Of a DNA stretch of 64,000 nucleotides, positions 43,348-51,793 are shown one piece after another (position 1 is the stretch's first letter; the number at the start of each line of letters is the position of its first letter). The stretch is from Bacteroidota bacterium. Its GTDB lineage: Bacteria; Bacteroidota; Bacteroidia; Bacteroidales; FEN-979. A program made the translations under genes and the position numbers. The notes beneath the pieces are model-generated. The model was not told where the DNA came from. It saw nothing but the letters and a program-made list of their open reading frames with translations, and made no database searches. The DNA is taken from contig JAPLDO010000045.1 in NCBI GenBank assembly GCA_026391715.1, positions 7,189-71,188 of the forward strand. The letters run 5' to 3'.

Positions 43348-44778
43348 ATGGAACCGACAAAAACTGTCAGCATGACAACCACCCGTTTGGTATTTATGAC
43401 GGGAGCCGCTGTATTTAGTCTTCGCGGCTTATCTTTTATGGCGCTCGAAGAACTAACAATGGTTTTTTATGTGCTATTCGGGACAATTTTATTTTTGATT
43501 CCCGCATCAATGGTTTCAGCCGAACTTGGCGGCGCTTTCGGAAGCGTTGGCGGCGGTGTTTACACATGGGTTAAAGAGGCGTTCAACAAAAAATTCGGGT
43601 TTCTTGCCATCTGGTTGCAATGGATACAGAATGTTGTATATTACCCAATTCTTCTGGGGTTTGCAGCTTCAATAATTGCCTATATGATAGGAAAACCCGA
43701 ACTGAGCAACAACGGAACTTATGTTGGGATTTTCTGTATCGTTGTCTATTGGCTTTCTACCTTGATAACGCTGAACGGCACGCAACTGATGTCGAAAATT
43801 GCGAGTTATGGTTTCTTATTGGGAACCGTAATCCCAGGCGCTGTTTTGATTCTTTTTACAATAATTTATATTGCGCAGGGAAACCCATTGGCCTTTCTGC
43901 ACCCATCGGCAATTGACGTTACCTCCGCTTATGTCACCGAAGGAATCACCCACCCGCGTTGGTTTCCCCATATTACTAGTTTGGACAATGTCACTTTTCT
44001 CGCTGCCGTAATTTTAATTTTTGCCGGGATTGAAGTCCAGGCTGTGCATGCCAACGAATTAAAAAATCCGTCGAAACAGTTCCCGAAAGTCCTGCTTCTT
44101 GCTGCAGCGCTGATATTTTTTCTTCAGATTCTCGGATCGCTTGCAATTTCGGTTGTTCTGCCGGAAAGCCAGATTACTTTACAATCGGGTTTGATGCAGG
44201 CTTTTGAAAACATTTTTGTCAGCATGGGGATAAAATGGCTGCTTCCGGTTGTTTGTATTTTGATGGCATTTGGCGTTCTCGGCAGCGTAATTTCCTGGAT
44301 AGCGGGTCCGAGCCGCGGTTTATTATGGACTGCCAAAGACGGATTGTTGCCGGCAAGCCTCGCAAAAGTCAATAAAAAAGGGATCCAGCAAAATATTCTC
44401 ATCATTCAGGGATTGATTGTCACCCTTCTTTCATCAATCTATTTTATTATTCCAAACGTTGGCGTGGCTTTCTTTTTATTAGGCGCTTTAACTATCGGTT
44501 TATATCTGATTATGTATTTATTCATGTATGCAGCCGGAATTAGCTTACGGTATTCTCAGCCAAATCTTCCGCGGTCATACAGAGTTCCCGGTGGGAATGT
44601 TGGAATGTGGGCTATTGCAGGAATCGGATTTCTTGCTGTATTGTTCGCCTTCATTGTATCATTTTTCCCGCCTTCGCAATTGCCTGTCGGCAGTCCGTTG
44701 GAATATGTAGGATTGGTTTTTGGAGGAACGGTTCTTTTTACCGTTTTGCCTTTCCTCATTATTGCCGGGAAAAAGTAG
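43348..44778 (+). CDS. gadC: Glutamate/GABA antiporter-like APC-family amino-acid permease
   Basis: About 12 TM segments and adjacency to gadB. Start taken at ATG 43348 (MEPTKTV...), just downstream of the gadB stop (43337). The longer ORF from 43306 would overlap gadB. Confidence 0.7.
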   Translation: MEPTKTVSMTTTRLVFMTGAAVFSLRGLSFMALEELTMVFYVLFGTILFLIPASMVSAELGGAFGSVGGGVYTWVKEAFNKKFGFLAIWLQWIQNVVYYPILLGFAASIIAYMIGKPELSNNGTYVGIFCIVVYWLSTLITLNGTQLMSKIASYGFLLGTVIPGAVLILFTIIYIAQGNPLAFLHPSAIDVTSAYVTEGITHPRWFPHITSLDNVTFLAAVILIFAGIEVQAVHANELKNPSKQFPKVLLLAAALIFFLQILGSLAISVVLPESQITLQSGLMQAFENIFVSMGIKWLLPVVCILMAFGVLGSVISWIAGPSRGLLWTAKDGLLPASLAKVNKKGIQQNILIIQGLIVTLLSSIYFIIPNVGVAFFLLGALTIGLYLIMYLFMYAAGISLRYSQPNLPRSYRVPGGNVGMWAIAGIGFLAVLFAFIVSFFPPSQLPVGSPLEYVGLVFGGTVLFTVLPFLIIAGKK

Positions 44779-44877
44779 CTTATCCTTAAACCGGGATGAA
44801 TAATTGTTGACTTATCAACTTTTCCATTTCATTTTTGGCGATGTGGCGATGTTTGTAATTGCTCTCTTTTCCCTTGT

Positions 44878-45609
44878 TCAATGAGAAACAGGGACTTTCC
44901 GGGTAATGATACGTTTTCCATCAACCACCAGAGAACAGTAATAAACCCCGGAAGGCAGATCCGAGACGCTGAATTGAACAGTTCCTGAAAGATTGACATT
45001 CCCACTACCAGAAACAGATTTTCCGGCAGCATTTATTAGTTCAATATGACCTTGTTTTCCTGATGGCAGCATAAGGTTAACTGCGATTTGACGATTCGCA
45101 GGAATTTGTCCGGCAAAGGAAAGGGAATATTTTGGGTCAGGAATTTGTTCCACAGACGAAGGAAATGTTGAATAATGAACCGTCACACTCAATGAATCGT
45201 TTGGATTCGCTTCATTGAAAAAAACCCATCGCATCGAACTTACTCCCCGGCTCCCGTTGGGCGCAAAATGACCAAAACATCCGGAAACTGTTTCTCCCGC
45301 CGACATTGAAAGCGGGAACAGCGAAATCATAACCTCTGGTCCGTAGCAGTAACCCGCCCAGCAAATTGAAGCATTCGTCCCCGACTGCATATTTAGCTCC
45401 TCTTTCTTCATCAGCGTTTGTAAGTTATTCCCGGTTTTGTTGGTAAGATGAAGCCAGGTAATAAGCTGTGTTGTATCGGAGGATCCCGACTGAAAAACAT
45501 CAGCTCCGTTGGTAAGCTCGCCAAAGTCATCTGCAAGGCTAAAACTCTGCGAATAGCAGGCAACACAGGCAAAAATCAAAAGAAATATGGTAACGGCGCT
45601 GGTTTTCAT
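44878..45609 (-). CDS. Secreted protein with T9SS C-terminal sorting domain
   Basis: 243 aa. Signal peptide MKTSAVTIFLLIFACVACYSQ and a C-terminal ~80 aa with a CTD-like pattern (IELINAAGKSV...LPSGVYYCSLVVDGKRIITRKV). Confidence 0.65.
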   Translation of the reverse strand: MKTSAVTIFLLIFACVACYSQSFSLADDFGELTNGADVFQSGSSDTTQLITWLHLTNKTGNNLQTLMKKEELNMQSGTNASICWAGYCYGPEVMISLFPLSMSAGETVSGCFGHFAPNGSRGVSSMRWVFFNEANPNDSLSVTVHYSTFPSSVEQIPDPKYSLSFAGQIPANRQIAVNLMLPSGKQGHIELINAAGKSVSGSGNVNLSGTVQFSVSDLPSGVYYCSLVVDGKRIITRKVPVSH

Positions 45610-45645
45610 TTCTGGCTCTGGTTTATAAGGCTGTTAACAAAAAAA

Positions 45646-46638
45646 TCAGGCTTTTCGTTCCACATACCATTTTACTGTTTCGCACAGTCCTGCATCAAAA
45701 GTATGCGTAGGATTGTAGCCAAGCAATCGCTTTGCTTTTTCAATTGAGGCATGTGAGTGAGGGATGTCTCCTTTCCTTTCGGGACCGTGGAGTATAGGTA
45801 TTTCCGCGATTGCAGGATCATATTCGGAAAGAAATTTTTTCAACAGGTTTGCAAGTTGATTAAGATTGTTTCGGTCGCTCACGGCGGTATTAAACACCTC
45901 GCCAATCGCCTCGCTGGAAACCGTCATGGCTGCGAGATGATTCATCTGGATTACGTTGGCGATATAAGTAAAGTCGCGCGAATTTGTGCCGTCGCCATTA
46001 ATTACCGGGCTTTCATGTTTCATAAGCTGAATCACGAATTTCGGAATCGCCGCAGCATAAGCGCCAGCGGGATCCTGCCGGGGACCAAAAACGTTGAAAT
46101 AGCGAAGTCCGATCAGTTCCATGCCCCAGGTGATGAAAAAAACGTGCGCATACAATTCGTTCACATACTTGGTTACGGCATAAGGCGACAGCGGCTTACC
46201 AATGATCTCCTCAACTTTTGGAAGCGTTTCCGAATCTCCGTAGGTGGATGAACTTGCCGCGTAAACCATACGTTTAACGCCGGCGTCGCGCACAGCCATA
46301 AGCATATTGAGGAACCCGCCAATATTTACCTCGTTGGTGGTTACAGGGTCGTTTATTGACCGCGGCACCGACCCCAGCGCCGCCTGGTGCAACACCAAAT
46401 CAACTCCATCCACAGCTTTTCGGCAATCGTCAAGGTTTCGGATGTCGCCTTCGATCAAACTAAAAGAGGGATTTTCCAGAAAGTCGCTGATGTTGTGGCG
46501 ATGTCCGGTCGAAAAATTATCAAGGCAAACAACGTAGTTGCCGTGTTTGAGCAAGTCTTCACACAGGTTCGAGCCTATAAAACCGGCGCCGCCAGTAACG
46601 AGTACGCGTTTGTTAGAAATTATCGGATGAGTTTTCAA
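45646..46638 (-). CDS. NAD-dependent nucleotide-sugar epimerase (WbpP/TviC-like)
   Basis: 330 aa from a TTG start. Rossmann motif VTGGAGFIGSNL and catalytic YxxxK (SPYAVTKYVNE). Paired with a TviB/WbpO-like dehydrogenase gene. Confidence 0.8.
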   Translation of the reverse strand: MKTHPIISNKRVLVTGGAGFIGSNLCEDLLKHGNYVVCLDNFSTGHRHNISDFLENPSFSLIEGDIRNLDDCRKAVDGVDLVLHQAALGSVPRSINDPVTTNEVNIGGFLNMLMAVRDAGVKRMVYAASSSTYGDSETLPKVEEIIGKPLSPYAVTKYVNELYAHVFFITWGMELIGLRYFNVFGPRQDPAGAYAAAIPKFVIQLMKHESPVINGDGTNSRDFTYIANVIQMNHLAAMTVSSEAIGEVFNTAVSDRNNLNQLANLLKKFLSEYDPAIAEIPILHGPERKGDIPHSHASIEKAKRLLGYNPTHTFDAGLCETVKWYVERKA

Positions 46639-46639
46639 G

Positions 46640-46670
46640 GTTCAATGTTTGATGTTCAATGTTGTATGTT
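46640..46670. repeat. 7-bp tandem repeat (GTTnnAT x4) abutting the epimerase start codon
   Basis: gttcaat gtttgat gttcaat gttgtat gtt. G-poor on the sense (minus) strand. Confidence 0.75.
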
Positions 46671-46823
46671 GAGCCTACTCCGAAAAGGAAGCAATTTGCA
46701 CTAAAGTCCAGTAACTATCTGTTGATCAATTGCCACGACCTTAAGGTCGTGGCAATTCAAGTTGCTGACATTCCGGGCTTTAGCCAAATTTTGATTTTTC
46801 TAACTACTTTTCGGAACGGGTTC
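46671..46823. repeat. MITE-like palindromic intergenic element, copy 2, with a nested 30-bp perfect palindrome
   Basis: Shares both arms with 6687-6762 (gagcctactccgaaaaggaagcaat ... gggctttagccaaattttgatttttctaac.acttttcggaacgggttc). It carries an extra ~85-nt core that includes aattgccacgaccttaaggtcgtggcaatt (46728-46757). Confidence 0.7.
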
Positions 46824-46835
46824 GAGGTTTTAAGT

Positions 46836-48212
46836 TCAAACTCTTCCATCTGTAATTTTTCTGTCGAGAATTCCCTTTATATCGAAGATAATGCCGTTTT
46901 CATTTTTCAAGGAAGTCAAATCCATTTTCAGGAATTTATCATGAGCCACTGCGAGAACGACAGCGTCGTAACGAAGGACGGAGGACGAAGGACGAAGGAC
47001 GTCAGAGGTTGGACGAAGGTTGTTAGAAGTTTCGGATTGGTTTTCCAGCACATTTATTAGGTCTAGACCATATTCATGTTTTACTTCAGCGGGGTTTGCC
47101 CAGGGATCGTAAACCTCCACTTCGCAGCCAAATTCCTTAAGTTCGTTAATAACGTCAATTACTTTGCTGTTGCGGATATCGGGACAGTTTTCCTTGAAGG
47201 TGATACCAAGTATCAGTACCCTGCTTCCGTTCACTGGAATGTTCCGGTGAATCAATAGTTTCACAATACGACCGGCGATCCAGGCGCCCATGGTGTCGTT
47301 CATACGGCGACCTGCGAGGATGATTTCGGGGTGATACCCTGCTTCCTGGGCTTTCTGGGCAAGGTAATATGGATCAACGCCAATGCAGTGACCGCCGACA
47401 AGTCCGGGTTTGAATTTAAGGAAGTTCCATTTTGTTCCTGCGGCTTCGAGCACGTCGGTCGTATCAATGCCGAAATGTGCGCAGATTCTGGCGATTTCGT
47501 TCACAAAGGCGATGTTGATGTCGCGCTGGGAATTTTCGATAACCTTTGCGGTTTCGGCAACTCGGATTGAAGGCGCCTTGTGAGTTCCTGCAACAATAGT
47601 GGTTTTATACAATTGATCAATGAATTCAGCTACTTCAGGGGTGGAACCGGAAGTTACCTTGCGAATTGTGGTAACTGTATGTTCCTTATCTCCCGGATTA
47701 ATTCTTTCCGGTGAATATCCTGCAAAAAAATCAAGCTGAAACCTGAAACCCGAAACCTTTTCAATCACAGGAATACAGTCTTCTTCGGTACATCCGGGAT
47801 AAACAGTTGATTCATAAATGACAATATCATTTTTTCCGATCACCTTACCAATTGTTTCGCTGGCGCGGATGAGCGGGGTGAGGTCGGGACGGTTGTTCTT
47901 GTCAACAGGAGTTGGCACTGTGACAATATAAACGGTGCAGTCCCCGATATGGGATAGTTGGTCGGTGAGGAAAAGTCCTGGCTTACAGTTTTCTGATTCT
48001 GATTTCGGCGACCAGTTGGTTTTCCGGAGTACCGACGCAAGGTTTTCATCTTCCACTTCGAGTGTTGCGTCGTGACCTTCATTGAGTTCTTCTATACGGC
48101 GGCGGTTGATGTCGAAGCCAACGACGGGAAATTTCTTTGCAAATTCAACGGCGAGAGGGAGCCCCACGTAGCCGAGGCCGATCATACAGATTTTAGTTTC
48201 GGATAGTTTCAT
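46836..48212 (-). CDS. Nucleotide-sugar dehydrogenase (UDP-GlcNAc/UDP-ManNAc 6-dehydrogenase, TviB/WbpO-like)
   Basis: 458 aa. Rossmann motif ICMIGLGYVGLPLA and the catalytic-Cys region GLVGGHCIGVDPYY. It contains a low-complexity insert near the C-terminus. Confidence 0.8.
   Translation of the reverse strand: MKLSETKICMIGLGYVGLPLAVEFAKKFPVVGFDINRRRIEELNEGHDATLEVEDENLASVLRKTNWSPKSESENCKPGLFLTDQLSHIGDCTVYIVTVPTPVDKNNRPDLTPLIRASETIGKVIGKNDIVIYESTVYPGCTEEDCIPVIEKVSGFRFQLDFFAGYSPERINPGDKEHTVTTIRKVTSGSTPEVAEFIDQLYKTTIVAGTHKAPSIRVAETAKVIENSQRDINIAFVNEIARICAHFGIDTTDVLEAAGTKWNFLKFKPGLVGGHCIGVDPYYLAQKAQEAGYHPEIILAGRRMNDTMGAWIAGRIVKLLIHRNIPVNGSRVLILGITFKENCPDIRNSKVIDVINELKEFGCEVEVYDPWANPAEVKHEYGLDLINVLENQSETSNNLRPTSDVLRPSSSVLRYDAVVLAVAHDKFLKMDLTSLKNENGIIFDIKGILDRKITDGRV
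46972..47001. repeat. 7-bp tandem repeat (GAAGGAC/GGAGGAC x4) inside the dehydrogenase coding sequence
   Basis: cgaaggac ggaggac gaaggac gaaggac g, translated on the minus strand as part of ...RPTSDVLRPSSSVLR.... Confidence 0.75.
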
Positions 48213-48232
48213 AAGTTGTTTATTTATTGAGG

Positions 48233-48240
48233 CAAAAGTA
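48233..48240 (-). promoter_or_regulatory. Candidate -7 box (TACTTTTG on the minus strand) for the dehydrogenase-epimerase operon
   Basis: Plus-strand caaaagta, 20 nt upstream of ATG 48212. Confidence 0.5.
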
Positions 48241-48348
48241 GGAATTTTATATCAGACTACCCTAAACCTTTGATGAGAAGTACTCATCCAGCCGCTTCTC
48301 CCGGTAGTGAGAAGCAATTGACAGTCCTTGTATTTCAGAAAAATATTG

Positions 48349-48356
48349 TACTTTTG
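48349..48356 (+). promoter_or_regulatory. Candidate -7 box TACTTTTG for wza
   Basis: Matches TAnnTTTG, 20 nt upstream of ATG 48376. It lies inside the longer ORF version, which is therefore rejected. Confidence 0.5.
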
Positions 48357-48375
48357 CCCTTCAATTTTTGCCTCT

Positions 48376-49170
48376 ATGAAACATTCAGTTGCCCTTGCAG
48401 CGAAACTTGCTTTCATTTTACTTGTGATTGCTGCCGTGTTTTCTTCCTGTGTGCCCCAGAAAAGAATCAAGTACCTTCAGCGAAAACAGGAACAGGATAC
48501 GGCTGTGTTCTATCAAACGAAACGGGATATGAATTATCTTATCCAGTCGCGCGACAACCTTTATATCAGGGTTTATTCGCTCGATCCCAATGCTTCGCTC
48601 TTCTTCAACAAACAATCGTCATCAAGTTCATATAATGATTATGCCAACGACGCCTCTATTTACCTGAACAGTTATGCAGTTGACGACGAAGGAAATATAG
48701 AATTTCCGATAATCGGCAAGGTGAATGTTAAAGGTAAAACAGTGAATGAAATCAATGCGATTGTTCTGAAGCTGGTGAGCGATTACCTGAAAGAGGTTGC
48801 CGTAGTGGTGAAACTTGTCAACTTCAAAGTTACCGTAGTTGGCGAGGTAATGCGCCCCGGAGAATATACTTTTTACCAGAACCAGGTGAACCTGTGGGAA
48901 GCTATTTCAATGGCTGGCGACCTGGGCGAGTTTGCCAATCGCACAAAGGTTGCTTTGATACGTAAAACCAAAGATGGATCGAGGGTGCATTATCTCGACC
49001 TGACCCAGGAAAATATCCTTCGCTCCGAATTTTATTACCTTCAGCCTAACGACGTCCTCTATATCTCGCCTCTGGGATACAAACGCTGGGGACTTGGCTC
49101 CACCTTCCCGTGGGCAATGATTCTGGCGTCCATCTCTACTACACTTTTGTTGATTAATTACTTCAAATAA
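48376..49170 (+). CDS. wza: Polysaccharide export outer-membrane lipoprotein (Wza-like)
   Basis: Signal/lipobox MKHSVALAAKLAFILLVIAAVFSSC, then a Poly_export-like domain (IQSRDNLYIRV, EGNIEFPIIGKVNVKGKT) and an SLBB-like domain (VTVVGEVMRPGEYTF). Confidence 0.8.
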   Translation: MKHSVALAAKLAFILLVIAAVFSSCVPQKRIKYLQRKQEQDTAVFYQTKRDMNYLIQSRDNLYIRVYSLDPNASLFFNKQSSSSSYNDYANDASIYLNSYAVDDEGNIEFPIIGKVNVKGKTVNEINAIVLKLVSDYLKEVAVVVKLVNFKVTVVGEVMRPGEYTFYQNQVNLWEAISMAGDLGEFANRTKVALIRKTKDGSRVHYLDLTQENILRSEFYYLQPNDVLYISPLGYKRWGLGSTFPWAMILASISTTLLLINYFK

Positions 49171-49185
49171 TAAATTTTACTACCC

Positions 49186-51660
49186 GTGAACGACAACCTT
49201 CAGGAATTTGCCCAGCAGGAACAGACCGTTGATTATAAATTGATTCTGTTCAAGGTTTACCGCTACTGGTATTTCTTTGCAGTTACTATCTTCATCGCTC
49301 TCGTGCTGGCGTTTGTATTCAATAAATATACCAAGCCGGTGTATGAAGTCAAATCAACCTTACTCATCAAGGATAAATCGGAAAATAAAATTGATCCTGC
49401 CGCCCTCCTCGGAATTGGGATGGGTAACAATCAACAGAATCTCCAGAACGAAATCGGGATACTCACATCAAAGTCCATGACCTATCGCACCGTTACCAAA
49501 ATGGGAGGCGAGGTGAGCTATTTCAGTGAATCAAACTTCGTAACCAAAGAACTTTATAAAGATTGCCCCTTTACGGTTGTAATTGATACCTCTTTCCCAC
49601 AGCCTGTGAGCATGCGTTTCGACATTACATTGCTTTCCAAAGACCGGTTCATGCTGTCGGCAGAAGGTGAAAAAATCGGTTTGTACAGTTTTTCACGCAA
49701 GAAGGCGATAGAAGACCGCATGGAGAACATCCGTTTCAACGAAACTTACAAGTTCGGACAAGTTGTTGAATCTAAGAATTTCAGGTTTAGGGTTTTGCTC
49801 AACGACGCGTATAAAGCGGAAACCGATTTGAAACAGGCTTACTATTTCATGTTTAATGACTTTGACGCCCTCGCCGGGCAATTTGCCTCCTTCACCGTTG
49901 AGCCTATCAACAGAGAGGCTTCTATTGTGGAGATCAAGCTAAAGGGAGGGAATGTTCAAATGCTGGTTGATTTTTTAAATCTTCTTTCGCGCGAATATCT
50001 CGCCAAAGGGCTGGAGAAGAAAAATCTGGTTGCCACCCGTACAATTGCCTTCATTGACGGTGAACTGCAAGGCATTTCCGATTCGCTGAACGCCTCGGAA
50101 AAGGCGCTTATGGTATTCCGCACCAACAAGGAGATCATGAACCTCGATAATGAGGCTCAGGCAGTTTTTGAAAAGATGATGCAGCTCCAGGATGAGAAAG
50201 CGGTACTGATTGTGAAGTCGAAGTACTTGCAGAATATGAAGGAGTACATTGAAAACAACCAGAAACTCGATGAGTTGATCGTGCCGGCTTCAATGGGTAT
50301 TGACAACGCCATTCTGAATGGACTGACTATGCAGTTGACCGACCTCTATATGAAGCGAACCGATATGGCGCAATATTCAAAGGCGAAAAATCCGGGTCTG
50401 ATGTCAATTGATTTACAGATCGCCACCACTAAAAACGCCTTGTATGAAAACGTGAAGAGCGCTATCAACTCTAACGATATCGCAATGCTGGAGATCAACA
50501 GCCGCGTGAAAGAGATAACTTCGCGCATCAACAACTTACCCGAAACCCAGCGGGTGCTGTTCGGAATAGAGCGGAAATTCAAACTTACCGACGCCATCTA
50601 TACCTACCTGCTTCAGAAACGCTCGGAGGCGCAGATAACGCTTGCCGCTAACCTTTCCGACAACGAGGTGGTTGATGCAGCTTCGGGAAAGGGAAATTCG
50701 CCGGTATTCCCAAAAAAGAGCCTCAATTATATGATAGCTCTGATTCTTGGGATCATTATTCCATTAGTGTATATCTTCGGGAAAGATTATTTCAACGATA
50801 AAATACTGGCGCGTGAGGATATTGAAAAAATCACTTCGCTTCCAATCATAGGTCATGTAATACATAGCGATAAGCCTGGTAAGGTGGTGGTTGTGGATTT
50901 TCCGAAATCAACCATTGCCGAGTCGTTCCGGTCGGTGCGTACAAATCTGAACTACCTGCTAAAGGGTAAGGAAAAGCAGACTATCCTTGTCACCGCCGAC
51001 ATGGTAGGCGCAGGCAAGACCTTCATTTCCACTAACCTTGCATCAATATTTGCCATGTATGGTAAAAAAACGCTGCTGATGGGATTCGACCTTCGCAAGC
51101 CAAAGCTCCACAAGGATTTTGACCTCAGCAACACCGATGGCATCAGTTCTTACATGATCGGCAAAAGCAAGCTGGAGGACATCATTCAGCCGTCGGGCAT
51201 TCCTCATTTCGACATTCTCGTTTCAGGTCCCATTCCTCCAAACCCTGCCGAGTTGATTGCTTCGGAACGCTGTGTCGAAATGTTTACTCGACTCAAAGAG
51301 ATTTATGATTATATCATCATTGACACCCCGCCGGTAGGGCTTGTAACAGATGCTTTCCTACTGATGAAACTGGCAGATGCTACTATTTTTCTTGCCCGGC
51401 AGGGTTATACTCACAAGAAAATATTTGGCTCCATAATTCACGACATTGAATCGCGCGGTATTCCGAATCTGGCAATCCTGATCAACGATGTGCGCCTCGA
51501 CCGTAGCTCTTATGGTTACGGCTACGGATATGGTTACGGATATGGTTACGGATATGGCTCAGGTTATGGCTACGGCTATGGCTACGGCTATTATTCCGAC
51601 GACAAAGAATCGGCAAACAAAAACAAGACCCTCCTCGAACGCATCTTCGGAAGTTCATAG
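49186..51660 (+). CDS. wzc: Polysaccharide co-polymerase / tyrosine autokinase (Wzc-like)
   Basis: 824 aa from a GTG start. Wzz-type N-terminal TM plus a long periplasmic coiled coil and a second TM. Kinase Walker A VGAGKTF, Walker A' GFDLRKP, Walker B IIIDTPP, and a C-terminal Tyr cluster. Confidence 0.85.
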   Translation: MNDNLQEFAQQEQTVDYKLILFKVYRYWYFFAVTIFIALVLAFVFNKYTKPVYEVKSTLLIKDKSENKIDPAALLGIGMGNNQQNLQNEIGILTSKSMTYRTVTKMGGEVSYFSESNFVTKELYKDCPFTVVIDTSFPQPVSMRFDITLLSKDRFMLSAEGEKIGLYSFSRKKAIEDRMENIRFNETYKFGQVVESKNFRFRVLLNDAYKAETDLKQAYYFMFNDFDALAGQFASFTVEPINREASIVEIKLKGGNVQMLVDFLNLLSREYLAKGLEKKNLVATRTIAFIDGELQGISDSLNASEKALMVFRTNKEIMNLDNEAQAVFEKMMQLQDEKAVLIVKSKYLQNMKEYIENNQKLDELIVPASMGIDNAILNGLTMQLTDLYMKRTDMAQYSKAKNPGLMSIDLQIATTKNALYENVKSAINSNDIAMLEINSRVKEITSRINNLPETQRVLFGIERKFKLTDAIYTYLLQKRSEAQITLAANLSDNEVVDAASGKGNSPVFPKKSLNYMIALILGIIIPLVYIFGKDYFNDKILAREDIEKITSLPIIGHVIHSDKPGKVVVVDFPKSTIAESFRSVRTNLNYLLKGKEKQTILVTADMVGAGKTFISTNLASIFAMYGKKTLLMGFDLRKPKLHKDFDLSNTDGISSYMIGKSKLEDIIQPSGIPHFDILVSGPIPPNPAELIASERCVEMFTRLKEIYDYIIIDTPPVGLVTDAFLLMKLADATIFLARQGYTHKKIFGSIIHDIESRGIPNLAILINDVRLDRSSYGYGYGYGYGYGYGYGSGYGYGYGYGYYSDDKESANKNKTLLERIFGSS
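51511..51593 (+). repeat. Hexanucleotide (TAYGGN) tandem repeat encoding the (YG)n tail of Wzc
   Basis: Encodes YGYGYGYGYGYGYGSGYGYGYGYGYY. Codons alternate tat/tac and ggt/ggc/gga. Confidence 0.85.
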
Positions 51661-51793
51661 CCCTTTTCCTATCAGGATGGGAAGCGGTTCAGGTTCAGCA
51701 ATATTATTGGGAAAACTGCGTTTGTATTGGAGTTTAAGCACGCTCTGATAGAGTTTTTCACCGCATAAGCGCGAAATAATATAATTGACTTTC

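Noticed and set aside
51488-51748. The 86-aa ORF in another frame across the (YG)n repeat, and the possibility that the repeat is an assembly artefact.
   Set aside because: The alternative-frame ORF is a by-product of the hexanucleotide repeat. The repeat is imperfect at the DNA level (alternating synonymous codons, one SG unit) and in-frame with a canonical Wzc kinase domain, which argues for real coding sequence.
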